Below are positions 24,501 to 37,200 of a DNA stretch of 64,000 bases, in pieces. The DNA lies in contig CM119371.1 of assembly GCA_051294905.1 (NCBI GenBank), positions 17,362,001 through 17,426,000 of the forward strand. Reading direction: 5' to 3'. Within the stretch, counting starts at the first letter, position 1. Every line of letters begins with the position of its first letter. Under the pieces are notes generated by a model. It was not told the DNA's origin and ran no database searches. It saw nothing but the letters and a program-made list of their open reading frames with translations. The DNA comes from Botryllus schlosseri (taxonomy: Eukaryota). The translations under genes were made by a program, and so were the position numbers.

Positions 24501-27500
24501 CTGCTGAATACTGAATACTGCTGAATGTAATAGCACCGACTGGATTAGTGTAATAATCGATACGATAGTAGCACAAAACTGTACGGACAACAATTCAGCG
24601 CACAGGTCATTCGAAATATAGGTCGCACTGCTTAATCCTCGCAACAAGCCACGTTTCCGTCCGCGCGGTTATTGTTGGTGACTCGTACATATTCAACACC
24701 ACGCGAGAGATGTCTGAAAGTGCGAATCACGACCGCACCCATAAGAACACATGGTGAATCACCACAGATACCGTAAGAATACACGACAGACACATTTATC
24801 GTCGTTAGCATGTCGCCGCACGTATACCAAAAACATTAGCATGTCACCACGAGTTTCGCGTTATCATGCGACTGCACCCATAAGACGAAAACGTTAGCAT
24901 GTCACCACGAGTTTCGCGTTATCATGCGACCGCACCCATAAGACGAAAACGTTAGCATGACACCCCCGCCATAAGACGAAAACGTTAGCATGCCACCCCC
25001 ACCATAAGACGAAAACGTTAGCATGCCACCCCCGCCATAAGACGAAAACGTTAGCATGCCACCCCCGGTTTCTCGTTAGCATGCCACCCCGCCCATAAGA
25101 ACCCCTGCCACCCCCAGAGCGATCTATACTACTGTCGTACAATGTTTATGGGCACATGGCTTCGTAGTGTTATGTCCTTGAAATAGTTACGCTGCGAGCT
25201 ATATCGAGAACATTGAAGCAAGAAATGCCCAACCGTCTTTATAAGCCACATGTTGCACAAAGGCCATCATCGGGACAGCCAATTTTATGTAAGTGTCCGT
25301 CCGGCTTGCAATGCCCAGTCTGCAGCCGCAAGAATATCGCTGTTTCCGTTCTCGATAGTCCAGTATCTGCGGGATATTGTTTGTTTTTTGGGGTATTCAT
25401 GGTATTTGTCGACTACTATGGTCATTTACACCAGGCCGATATTCTTCTTATTTTCCGTAACTGCCGACTTATAGCACGGCCCACCTCTAGGCTTTTGTAA
25501 GACACCGCTGACGCGGATGAGGTGGCGAGGAGGAGTCTGCGGGATATCATGTGCGGTGTAAATTCGCTTGTAGAGATTTTGGAATAATTTGTTTCCAATT
25601 TGTTTTTCCATCTTCTGTGAGTCGGTTCTTTGATAATTATTATAGATTATGGTAGGGAAATTGGGATGCCACTGGATAATCGTTGTGTTGGAAATGTAGT
25701 AGCATCCTTGGCGAGTTTATCGGCGATACCGCCGAATTTAGCCCCGCGGTGACCTGGAATCCAAATAAATGCAATATTTATCCTAGGACTGTCAAGATAT
25801 CTGCAGCAAATTAAAGTATCATCGACTATAGCGCATACATTACTGGTTTTACGAGCTTGGAGCATATAGTTAAGGCGCTCAAACTATCTGATAAAACAGC
25901 AACCCCGCAAGTATGTATGGGTCCTCGGCGCACGACAACAATTATCCAATTAGGAGTCACGTCTATACCTAGTGATTCTGCTGTCAGGATAGATATCCTG
26001 ACATTAAGGGAGGATCCGTGCGAAACCTCGAAAGATTTAATATAAAAACCGACGCCACGTACCTTCCGCATAAACGTGCAATCTATCCCTGTAGCTAGCG
26101 TATATATATTCTCCACTAGTTTGTTTGATGATTTCCGGGTGATATGAGTTCTTCCTATGTCTATAGTACATCCGTGCTTTTAGCAAGGCGCCACGGCGGA
26201 TGGTCCTATTTTCTTGATGTAGAGATCTACGAGCCCGTTTCTGGTAATTATATTAAACGTAATAACATTCGCAGAATCTGTCAAGATTTCTTGCCAGGCT
26301 TCTTCGACCAGGGCTGCACATTTTTTTTTTTTTTGCAAGAGGATTGATGCGTGGAAATTCATGCATGCATGGTAATGTTGTAAATGTATTGGAGCTTCGC
26401 AACACGTGCGGTGTCGTAGCCATAGCTTCCGTGCACATCCGAGAGCTGTATTTTGTATCTTCTGGATAGTCTGCGCCACGGACTTCGTGGACATGAATAT
26501 GCTTCGAAACCATACTCTATAATTGGACGTATTAGAGCTCTATACAGTGACAGTAGACATGCCGTTGAGGCCCCCACGTCGGTCCGCGTAGTACTCGCAG
26601 TGTTGGGATGACTCGAGTCATGACTTCACTCGAGTCAAACTCGAGTCACCTTTTTCTTATGACTTGACTCGACTCGAGTCACTTTGCTAAAATGACTTGA
26701 CTTGACTTGACTCGGCGTATCGAAAATGTGGATTGACTCGTGACTCGGAGCAAAATCCACGAGTCAATTTCGAGTCATCAAGCAATCGATGTCGATAAAA
26801 TTCATTGTATCTTGGATATGTTCGAATTGTACGCGAAACCCTGGTGTAACCCATGAGAGCCCATGATCGTGCGTTTTACTCAGCCTCCATTGTTCTCTCA
26901 CAAATAAATTGATCGCAAACGAAGTGATCGGAGCTCACAGCTTACGTTGTCGTAAAGTAGTACGGTAAAGGAATTTATTAGCAAAATGTCTATTTCTGTT
27001 CTCTGTTCCTAACTTAACCAAACCTCTTGTTTAATTGAAATTGAACGCATATATAGGTATATAGTCCTCAATCATCGGAGCAGGCTGGAATTGTATCATA
27101 TCAATTTGTAAATCGATAATATACTGCATCTTATCAATTCGTTGTATATTGAGTTGTATATTAATAATGAGATAATTGTGTACATACTTTCGAAAAGCAT
27201 GTGGTATAAGCCTATGAAAGATTTGTATATGATATATTCGTCGTACACGATATGGCATGGTTGAAACCCTCGAAATCGTGGTCGGTTCAACAATTACAGC
27301 ACGTATAGATCATTGGTATTGAATGGGTGTTCTGATGATGATTACCGCCGACCTTAATAATGTTGCATAACGACGTAGTCGTGGCTTCACGTAAATATAT
27401 TTTTTGTCCGTTTACTACAATGGTCGGAAACCTATTTCGTCAAAGAAGCCATACTTACGCCACAACTCCAAATGTCGATGTCGATCCAATGTGGCGTTAC

Positions 27501-28924
27501 AATAACATATTCGTGAAGGCGGGATAAAAACAAAACAAAAACAACAATAAATAACATGTTTTAAACAAGAATCATGCTTCAAACTTGCTTGTTTTAAATT
27601 CATTTTTGTTTTAAATGCAACCCTAGATAGTCGGATATCGAAACGACGAAGTACGGTCTAGGAATGTAACATCCGCCACGACTTAATTCACAATTTAGCA
27701 CTGCACGATTTTGAAATTTCGGCTGTCTTTTGTTTTATATATGATCTTACTGACTCCTTTTATTCGCTTCCCTCATTGTTGTCCTTCACGGGGTGTTTTT
27801 CTGTGCTGTTTCGTGAAGATGCCATATAATCGCAACGTACGATGAGTAGAAGTCTAGATTACCGCTGTAACTTCGAAACGTGCTACTGCCGAGACTCTAA
27901 ATGGGTTTCACGAACCGATGGCGATGGATGTACTAACAACGCCAACTTCTGAACTAATATCACAAATGCTGTGTTAACGTGATGTTTATAGATATAAACA
28001 CTGATCGTTATATTAGCCGTCTTGGATCAGGATCATTTGTATTCAGATAAGTGTGCAGTGGAATGGAATGGTATCTGCTTCTTCGCCATATTCTATCATC
28101 CCGGCAAAATCAATCAAGAGGCCGCAAGATTGGCGTGCGAAAAGAGAGGCGCTACACTTGGCAACATCTACGCAAAGGAGCAATACGACAGTATTATGGA
28201 TAATCTGAGACCGTATATCGCCACCAGAAATGATGGAGGAAATTCAATTGGAGTCAGGACCGGCATGAGATACGAGCCCAAGGTAAATATTATTATATTG
28301 GACTATATTAATAAATCGCTACTGAAACACAAACGCAGAAGCGTCACACCTACATATCGAATCGCCGGGCTGAACATTCGAACAATTCATAAGAGACACC
28401 GACAAAATATACCATCATTCTGAAATTGATATCACGTTAGTATTGGAAATTAGCGATTCATAAATGTCACCTTTTTAATTTGCCGGAGATTTGATGGTTT
28501 CCAATTTATCGTTACACGGTTCTCTTTTGTTCTTTGTTCCAAATGTTTTCCTGTAATCACGCATCGATGATAGAATTCATTGATGCTTGAAATCGAACAT
28601 TATTTCTTTGATCTGGCGCTTGAGTTTGGTGCCACAAGGAGTGAATGTAATAATTGTGACGAAGTTTGTTTCGCAGTTTATTTTGCGATCTGACATGAAA
28701 ATACATGACGCGCCTTCGATATCATTTTCTAGTCTCAAGTCGTTTACCTGCCCGATGACAGTGAGGCGCCATTCGTACATTGGAGATCGGGATATCCTAA
28801 GCCAGCATCTGACCAAACTACTGTACTACTCAACGTGTTTCCTGGAGGATCGAAATATAATGGGATGTACAACTTGAAGTCCTCGGCTGGAAGCTTTGCT
28901 ATTTTATGCCAAATAAATATATAG
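9556..28924 (+). CDS. Secreted C-type lectin-like gene 2 (exons 9556-9736, 28047-28282, 28733-28924)
   Basis: Exon 1 encodes signal peptide MNTFLWFITGVILFANSITA plus a heptad stretch; phase-1 join G|AT gives HT-D-KC, phase-0 join EPK|SQ; open frame to TAG; the 18.3-kb intron 1 contains the giant palindrome. Confidence 0.85.
10977..11394. mobile_element. hAT MITE with ATCGG subterminal repeats
   Basis: TAGAGCCCGA / TCGGGCTCCA ends; 8-bp TSD CTTATAAC; absent from the paralogous intron near 43715. Confidence 0.85.
11560..11815 (+). repeat. Subterminal tandem repeats: about 4 x 33 bp, then 2 x about 58 bp (mirror at about 24835-25090)
   Basis: Unit GGCGGGGGTGGCATGCTAACGTTTTCGTCTTAT. Confidence 0.9.
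16330..17085 (+). repeat. Minisatellite of about 41-bp units, roughly 18 copies
   Basis: Consensus near CCATTTTCACTTGGAAATATATTTTTTCCCTGGGTAACAAA; homogeneous core, diverged edges. Confidence 0.9.
17916..18098 (-). pseudogene. Possible degenerate histone H4-like coding relic
   Basis: Hand translation SPNTLYHVKHCGLSKKVRRLGRTIRGGIERVTQSDYVEVWITIQVYLRIRTILQNQGVNP*; resembles H4 [35 protein letters not shown]; no ATG in frame. Confidence 0.35.
18469..18744 (+). CDS. Hypothetical 91-aa protein in the unique spacer of the foldback element
   Basis: ATG-initiated, protein-like composition, TATAAAA at 18353-18359; family not recognised. Confidence 0.45.
   Translation: MGLRVTVHRFLWPHAVVLRHRQDAAVEILKMKNDTLVTFDLDFTPDEPYTRLVHWEDNSIVEVKGKEMYRFVGVVDIQRKSGYMVVYGSHI
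18796..25133 (-). repeat. Right arm of the giant inverted repeat (6338 bp)
   Basis: Reverse complement of the left arm, with one extra 41-bp unit and a few substitutions. Confidence 0.97.
19525..20320 (-). repeat. Mirror copy of the 41-bp minisatellite with one additional unit
   Basis: Extra unit near 19560-19600 explains the 41-bp shift of the symmetry axis. Confidence 0.9.
25134..26590 (-). mobile_element. Decayed RNase H LINE remnant in intron 1 of gene 2; its 3' end continues at about 10940-11513
   Basis: WIPGH, SDSLS and LYRALIRPIIEYG fragments; paralogous to 43690-44469 plus 52926-53520. Confidence 0.75.
26598..27150. mobile_element. Truncated hAT MITE of the GACTTGACTC-repeat family
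   Basis: Matches the left part of the complete copy at 57527-58443. Confidence 0.8.
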
Positions 28925-29634
28925 AGCACGTGAATGCATCTATTTTTTTGATACACAATGGTATGATCACTGTAAAATTTTGTTAGTGATAATTGCGATT
29001 AAGTGAATAAAGCGATTAATTTATTTACCATTGGTGTACCGATGGACGAATTTAAGTAGAGCTACACAATTTTTTCTAAATTAGATTATAATTAGAATTT
29101 GAGCTACCCAGCTTTTTCCAAACAAGATTAAAATTGTAATTTGAGCTACGCAGTTTTTATTCTCCAAATTAGAATACAGAATTAGAATTAAAATTACTGA
29201 GTTGGCAAAACTTGAATGATTGAGAAATACAGCAAAAATCAAGTTCGGTTCATATCCAATACCAGTATATTTCGATAGGGATAAGAATGGTTAACGTCTG
29301 TACACCAAGCTTGGCTCGTTTTGCACTATACCAGGGGTCATCAACACGCGGGTTTAAGATCATGTTATTTCTTGCTGTATTTGTACTTCAATAAAATATT
29401 ACTTCTTTTGTGGTAACCATGCACTTCGCCCCTGTTAATTACGGCTTTGTACCAACGGCAAGTTTTAATAACGTGGTTGCTCAACAGTGTTGCGTATGTT
29501 GTCTCGATATTGCATTCTCGTGGTCCGAGGTCTCTACGGAATTTAAAAACTGACCCGCGACGCGTTCTGATGTCGGAAAGCCTTGGGACGAGGAGAACGA
29601 TTCTCTCTTTTACTGTAACTTCTTTGTTTTGAGG

Positions 29635-29893
29635 TATATTCATGGTGTTTATCGACTACTATGGTCATTTACACCAGGTCAACTTTCTTCGTATAAATTC
29701 CGCAGCTGCCGACTTATAACAGAGCGCAGTTCTAGGCTTTTATAAGACACCGCTAACACGGTTAAGATGGCGAGGAGGAGCCTGGATGAACCTCCAACAC
29801 TCGGATAGGAATTCTGGAGTCGAACCCGGTCGGACTCGAACCCGTAACCCATTGGTGTTGCAACTGTGGATTATACCACTACTCTGTCTCGCC
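29635..29893 (-). mobile_element. tRNA-derived SINE
   Basis: Minus-strand head with B box GGTTCGAGTCC; further copies at about 60330-60583 and, truncated, about 25385-25545. Confidence 0.7.
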
Positions 29894-32800
29894 ACGCTTT
29901 TCCAGTAACTAAAAACATCTCAGTCCAGCATGCTCTCACGGTCGGCTGCGAAATATCTTTCCACTTCATCGTTTTCTTTGGTTAGATCTGAAGCAATCAT
30001 CCTCTTTTTTCTTGATGTAGTTAAGGACATGAAATGTACAAGTCTATGTTAACTATCTTTTTTCTTTGCTGCTGTTCTATTTATGAACGAAACTAGAAGG
30101 TTGCTCGCAGACTACAAGCTACTATATCATGGTTATCGTTCGTCACAATAATTACTATGACTGCACGGTGAAAGTAATGCGATGGAGGCTTGGCACTGGA
30201 TTATTTCTCTGTGCGAGAGGACTATTCTTGTTAATTCGCTCCAAAATGTCACGGAAAAAGAGGCATTTTCCGGAAATCAATAAATTAGATTGCAATTAAA
30301 ATTAGAGTAAAGAAACATTTAACAAATTAGATTAGATTAGAGGAAAATTTCACGAATGTGACTAGAATTAGAATTAGAGCATAGAAACATTACACAAACT
30401 AGATGAGGATTCAATTACTGGCATTTTGCTCTAATTTAGTAAAATTAGACAACTAGAATTATCTAGTTGTCCAAGTCTGCGTCAATGACAATGAAATATC
30501 TAATCATGGCATATCTTATTATCAAAATGCAAAGTGTCAAAGCACGCAAAGCTACTAGTGACAGAACGAAGCTACGTAACGATGGTTGCTATCAAAGCAC
30601 GAAATGGCATTCGAATTCCACACTGTCCTATCGTGGCTATGAATGACAGGTCTATCGCAATTGATTTCCGCCCCAGTTTATTGGCAATCTACTAAAGTCT
30701 ATTAGCTTGAACTATTAAGTGACATCCAGAAAGTTATCTCTATGTCTCAAACAGAATATCAACAGTTGGAACTCTGAATATTTACGAAACGGACAATGGC
30801 CTCTGACTAATAAAAGCTTAAAAATCAACTGCTGATACGGCAATCTCTTGCATGCGCTCCAGATGTGTCGGTCTATTACGTCGTTCAGCTTGGACATATG
30901 CAGTTCGATTTCTCTTCCGAAGCAGCGTCTCTAAACACTGCGTTGCACTGTAAGCAGTTACTCGTGAGTTTGATCCCACAGTCTAATGAATTCTTTGATC
31001 AAACACCGTTCGGCTTACCCTGATTTTAATAGAGAAATATAGTCTGACAATGAGATATCATATTGCGCTGTTCGTGATCTAATCCGCGGAAATGTGTGTA
31101 CATAGGAATTATTCATCGTAAGTATGGTTGCATCAGGTTACAGATGTCAATCGGCAATTATCTTCGCTTCTAAATGTGTAACGATTTGGAAAAAACGTAA
31201 ATTATAATGATTTATTATGACACTGTTGTTCAATTCCATTGTGTTTATCATATTTCTGCACCAGGCCCATCATTCGCTCTCCAGACTTGTATGCTACTAA
31301 GTGGTCTTCCTCTGGCAGATCACGCACTATTACATCTCTTTGATAGATGCTTGCGTCAGCAACAAGTACCGCATCATAATGCACGATATAACCCCGTTAG
31401 AATGCAATCGTTCTTTCCCGACGAATTTTCTACCCAAATCAAGGTAATGAAACGCTGTATAAATCAGCAATGTCACCAAATGAAACTCAATATCCGCGGG
31501 ATTAGTAGTTGTCTGCTGTTCGCTGAAATATGCCAGAATATGGTAGTTCAGTAACTGATAGCACGGTACCAATAACATAGTTGTTAGGCTTGATTTCAAC
31601 ATTACGAAATGTCACTTGCTACATGAGCATTTGGACTCCTGTGAAGATTTAAGGAGTGTCTGTTTGCTGTTCAAACATATAGATGGATCGAATATCACGG
31701 ATATTGTATGCTGATGAATGACTCTTATCTCAGTATGAGGTAGCATTTCACATGAAGAAATCATTTCAGGCCATCATATAATAAATAGAGGCTACTCTAT
31801 ACTCTACAACTTTTGTAACATATATTTATAAGTAGGCTAATTGAGCATTGAGGAATCCACGCACGTATCTGAGGCATTTTCTTCCAAACTAAAAGTAGCC
31901 TATGGGTCGCCCTACTTACTGAATATTTGCTACCATGGCAAACAATCATAATATAGTTACCTTTAATAGTAGCTTAAAATCTGTAAATGATCTAATAATC
32001 CATTATTGCGGTGCTTCGGGCGGGTAAAGAACACATATCAGCGAGTACGGTATTTGTTTCTGGTGATTTACAATGTCATCTCAGATATTATTCGCAGAGG
32101 ATGTCCGGTACAAATGTTTTCAACGGCTTGAACGCGTGGCCGCGCCATGACTCTTTGGGATATTATTATGGCTTCATTTTCGCATTTGAATTGACCATTT
32201 GTCCAATATATCCACCTCAACCCAGATTTTGAAGATGTTGATATATTGCGTTATATTAAATTCGAACTGAAGGTGCAGTTGAGATGAGCAAGTGCAGCAA
32301 CGGACAAAGGGGAGGCCAAAATTTAGCAACGGGTTATCAAGCTGTTATACGCGCAATAGCGAGTAATCCCAACAACACAGAGTCCACAGGAGCGGATAAT
32401 AACACTCCTAGAAATATTTAGCCGCAGCTAGAATATACGATGGCCTCTTGGGGAACATTGGCTTTCTGCCAGTAACATTTACACACCTGGAGCTTTAAGT
32501 TCAGAACAGATCCTATTTATAACGCAGTGAGCCCTTAACCCGCTGTTTACAATTAATTGAAACGCATTCGGTTGCGGCATAGCTATATCGCGTTACGGTA
32601 AATAACAATTTTAGTACCCTGACCTAAATTTTGAACTATTAACGGACCAATCACATCGTATATATTTGCTTTTCTTTTCAATCGCTACTCACCGTCATAG
32701 CATTATTCCGGTAGATCGTTGTAACAGGGTTGTGTTCCATAAAGTATGCTGCACTGCATATGATTTTTCAATAAATATTCAAGTTGAGTAGAACCCGTCT

Positions 32801-32973
32801 CAATCCTATATGCAATACTATAACACTATATATTCACAATTGTACCTATTCAAATTAAAACGATCAGATAGGAAGCACAAGTCTATCTATCAAATAGAAT
32901 GTTAATCAATGCAATCAATCCGACAACAATTTGTCCTTGTAGACCTCATACACAGGCTTGATAGACGATAAGG

Positions 32974-34086
32974 CAGGGGTGGGCAAACTTTTGAGCTCGC
33001 GGGCCGCATTCAACATCTGAATCCATTCGCGGGCCGCACTATATAAAATTGGGATTATAAACCAAAACGGAATATTGATATTTGATTATAGTGAGGACAG
33101 TGAGATAATATATGTGCTTATTTAAAACAAGCCAAACATTTCTTCAATGATGGTATCGTACACGCTTCAGAAACATATAGTGGCGGGATTTCATAGGCTG
33201 GTGGACCTCAATAACCAATTTGTCAAAGCTGTAGAGTTGAAAATCGGTTGGCCCGATTCTTAGAACAGGATTGAAATTTAAATCTGTTAGCATCGATCTG
33301 TTCATAGATTTACTAATTCCACTATTGGTTCAGTTCCAGGGCACACGATGCTGGCAGCATCATAACCAGATTAGCTTCAACCACGCTTCTATTATGTCTA
33401 AACAAAATATAAATACCCCAATTCTACGCATACAGACAACGAATCTACCTAAGACACGCCCCTATCGTTTTTTATAAGCACAAGGCTGAAATAATTCCAA
33501 ATAGAGTGGTCAATCTGAAATCCCACTCGTGATCCAATTACCGTATGTCAATCCCGTTGCAGCTATCCCGCTGTGATAGCAAGTATTTACCCTAGATCAG
33601 TGGTTCTCAAACTTTTTAGGACATGCCCCACCCCCCTTATGATGGTTAAAGATTTCGCCCCCCCCCCCCCCCCCTTATCTTCATATCACAAAACACAACC
33701 AGGATGCTAGCAAACCTAACAGGTATGTTGATGGCATTGAACGTACGACTATGGATGAGAAATATTTTTAATATCTAATTGAGACTAAATACAGAGCGCA
33801 AACTCTAATGAGTTTGTAAATCGCGCGGAGCGCGAAAAATATTTTCAGTTGAGCTCAGCTTCGCGCCCCCATCAGATGCTTTCACGGCCCCTAGGGAGCG
33901 CGCCCAGCAGTTTGAGAACCATCACTGTCTTAGAATTATCATGGTGAAATATACTAAGAAAAAGTTTATCAAGTCCCTGCATCAATTCGATTTTTAGTAC
34001 GTATTTTATCAATATTTCTAAAAAGTTTCTTTAGACTCTTGCGGCCGCACAGAACGGTGTTGCGGGCCGTAGTTTGCCCACCCCTG
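32974..34086. mobile_element. hAT MITE containing a nested hAT MITE at 33598-33927
   Basis: TIR CAGGGGTGGGCAAACT / AGTTTGCCCACCCCTG; TSD CGATAAGG; nested element starts CAGTGGTTCTCAAACT. Confidence 0.9.
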
Positions 34087-34223
34087 CGATAAGGTAAAAA
34101 AATCGACAACGTGACATTGTCATAATTATTCACCTTAATAATTCCTATCGTTATATCCTTGTTGCACGAAAAATTAATCGCACAAACTTTGAATTTAGAG
34201 AAAATAAATAACTTATGCTGACT

Positions 34224-37200
34224 ATGAATCCGCTGACATGGTTTGTTACTGGAGTTATAATACTCGCGAATCCGATTGACGCCTTACCGTACGGTGGTGA
34301 TCAATTTCCGACCGCCGAAGATATCATGCAGAGGCTTTCCTACTTGGAATATCGTCTCAGCAGGAAAATGCTACAAGACACTGGTAAGTGGTAAGTGCTT
34401 GTATGAGCATCAGCATGTAGTATCTATAATGCTATCACCAGATATAGTCGCTAACGAATTATTACTACTTTTAGGGTGGAGGCCAAATATATATAGATCA
34501 AATAAAAGATCGGGGGATTTTGCACGTTGCTGGATTTTCTGCGGACCAGAAAGGTAGATTAGTAAGATTCTGTCAGAACCGACTGACTATAGACTGCTGC
34601 TTCTTGATCCTGGTCGCCACCAGGATCAAAGTCTGGATTAAGGTACACAAGCACATAAATTTGGCGAGGTTCGTAATAGTTATGAAATTGTAGATTGAAT
34701 TTGCTTATCTGAGGTTCATTATAAAGATAGTGAATATTGCATGTTGGCGATACTTTGTTACCGGTACTGAATTGTGCTTCTCCTTATTGACTGATGATCA
34801 TGTTATTACAGAATGTTTAATGATAATTTCATACAAACTATGTAATAAACGAGTTCTGCCGTTCTCTTGCATTGGAAACAATCAACCAAGCCGTGAAATG
34901 CCACATCACCAAACATGGCAAAAAAACAGAGCAGCAATTGAAGGTTGCTTCAAAACAAGAGAAAGTGTCAAAACTTAAAATGACAGAAGGCCTTCAGAAC
35001 ATTCAATTGGAATAGTGACTGAAGATATGGTATCTGACCCGGTGACGGTGCTATTTATTTCAAGGTTAGTTTGCAGACATTAATTATATCCATAATATGG
35101 TGCATATAAGTAAATTAATGGTTATAGCTGTCATACCAGCACAGGTTCAGCCACTTGAACATCATTTTGAAAGTGATTCCACCATATTGTCTGTATAGTC
35201 ACTGCAGAAAATCAATCATGTAAGTTATTTTGCGACAGAGTTATGAGAACTTGTTCGATACATTGACCACATCGAGAAGTGTTCCCCATGATGAAGATCG
35301 GTTCTTGTCAGAGGCAACTCTTCTCGTTATTTTCATCACTACTTTTTGCTAACATATCAATTCAACAAGTGTAGATGTATATTATATCGATTTCTTACCC
35401 GGTGGTGTATTGAAGGAAACGCATTCACAATATCACTGTCGTGCTTCGCTTGGGTTGTTGAACTTCGAGCTTGTAAGCTAACTGTGGCATCATTGATAAC
35501 ATATACATGCAGCTAATCATATAGAGATGCTGGTTATCCATCACATAGCTATTTGTTATGTAAATCGAAGAGAATACAACCATACTAGAAATAGATTTGT
35601 TTTATAAATCACTCCTTCATATTTCACACAATAATTGATAAAAGAAGTTGAAATTAAATGAAAAGAAGTTGCAGGAAGTGTCCATATAGGATTCTTACAA
35701 GCAGCTTAAAACATCATGCTACATTAGGGTTACCATACGTCAGAGGATTTGTCCTCTGTTTTGACTTTTTATAAAAGTGTCCTCGGAGGACGCCCAAATG
35801 TCCTATTTTTAAGATTTTGTCCTCTTTTTTGAGGATTTCGGTTAAATGTAGGGCAAAATCCGACTGAGATACAGTACATCCGCACTGAGGTAACGCTCCG
35901 GCGGCTATTCCGGGAGCTGAGCCGAAAAGTTGACCATTTTTGTTAGTCAACCGACCACGAAGTGGGAATAATTTACCATTTTTTCAGGATTTTCCTCCGG
36001 TGACCCTATGCTACATAAATTCTAAATATTTAGGAAGTTGCCGGGAGCGGTATAAAAATTTGCAGAGGTTACAAAAACTTGCTCTATAGGAATAATGAAT
36101 TAATCGCGTATATTTCAATTTCCAAGGTAACCACCTTTAGCAGATATCTATACGGTGGTATTACTACTTTCTCTTGAGTACCAACGATGACTACTTTAAC
36201 GCTTTAACCCCACTACTAGTACGATCACAATATTCTGGTATCAAATCGAGCTAAACTCAGTAGTTTTAAAAATAGGTATTCTGCGTATCAAATAGAATAC
36301 TGGCTACTGCCGCGTTAAACTCACGCAACTACGAAAAAAATTAATCATATATTTGCCGTCCCGAAAAAGAAGTTGGACTAAATCCGTTCCATTAACCCGA
36401 ACATTTTGTGTCTAGATAAGTGCGCACTTGAATGGAATGGTATCTGCTTCTTTGCCCTATTCTATCATCCCGGCAAGGTAAATCAAGAAGCTGCAAGATT
36501 AGGCTGCAAAAAACGAGGCGCTGAGCTTGCCAACATTTATGCGAAGGATCAATACGATGATATCATGAATTATTTGAGACCATACATCGCTGCCAGAGGG
36601 GATGGAGGATCCGGTATTGGACTAAGGACTGGTATGACATTTGAGCCAAAGGTATAAATTAACGCCTGGGATCTGTATATAAGCAATTGATATTTGCCTA
36701 TGCCTGTATGCAAGCTTGTGTACTCTAAATTATGGGTACTGATAAGTGGTAAACAATGGTTACAAATCTGAATGAAACTTATAGCAGTTTAACATTTTGA
36801 CTTGGGTGTGCCTAAATCACCTAACAAAGATGTCGTTTGAAGCAAGTATCCATTCACCACATATCAGCGTTTAATGGAATATAAGCCATGACTAAAACCT
36901 AAACGACTGTTAGTTATCTCGCTTTTGTATTGTGCTATTAATAGCTCTTTTTCTAACCACGGTTGTAACAGCCGCAACCAAGTCCTCTCTATTGGGTAGG
37001 GCCAATCTAAAATGGAACAAAATTCATTACATAATATGAAATAGACTATAGGGTGTTTTGGAATATATTTATTCAATTTCAAATGTTTTCTTCGAGTAAA
37101 TATCTAGTGAAGTTATGTTTATCGCAATATTACCGAGCGAGCCCCCACTGATACCTACACTTTTTGTATTGTGGTATTAAAGTAGGCATTCTCAAGCGGT

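Larger units (their letters stand above)
11514..25133. mobile_element. Non-autonomous Polinton/Maverick-like giant foldback element, 13,620 bp
   Basis: Termini AGTAGTAGTATAGATCG / CGATCTATACTACT; 6-bp TSD GTCGTA at 11508-11513 and 25134-25139; empty paralogous site near 43860; no intact polymerase, integrase or capsid ORF. Confidence 0.8.

Noticed and set aside
11514..25133. Palindrome as a fold-back read or assembly artefact
   Set aside because: Exact TSD, unique spacer, arm-specific differences and colinear flanks matching the empty paralog argue it is real; read-level confirmation is still advisable.
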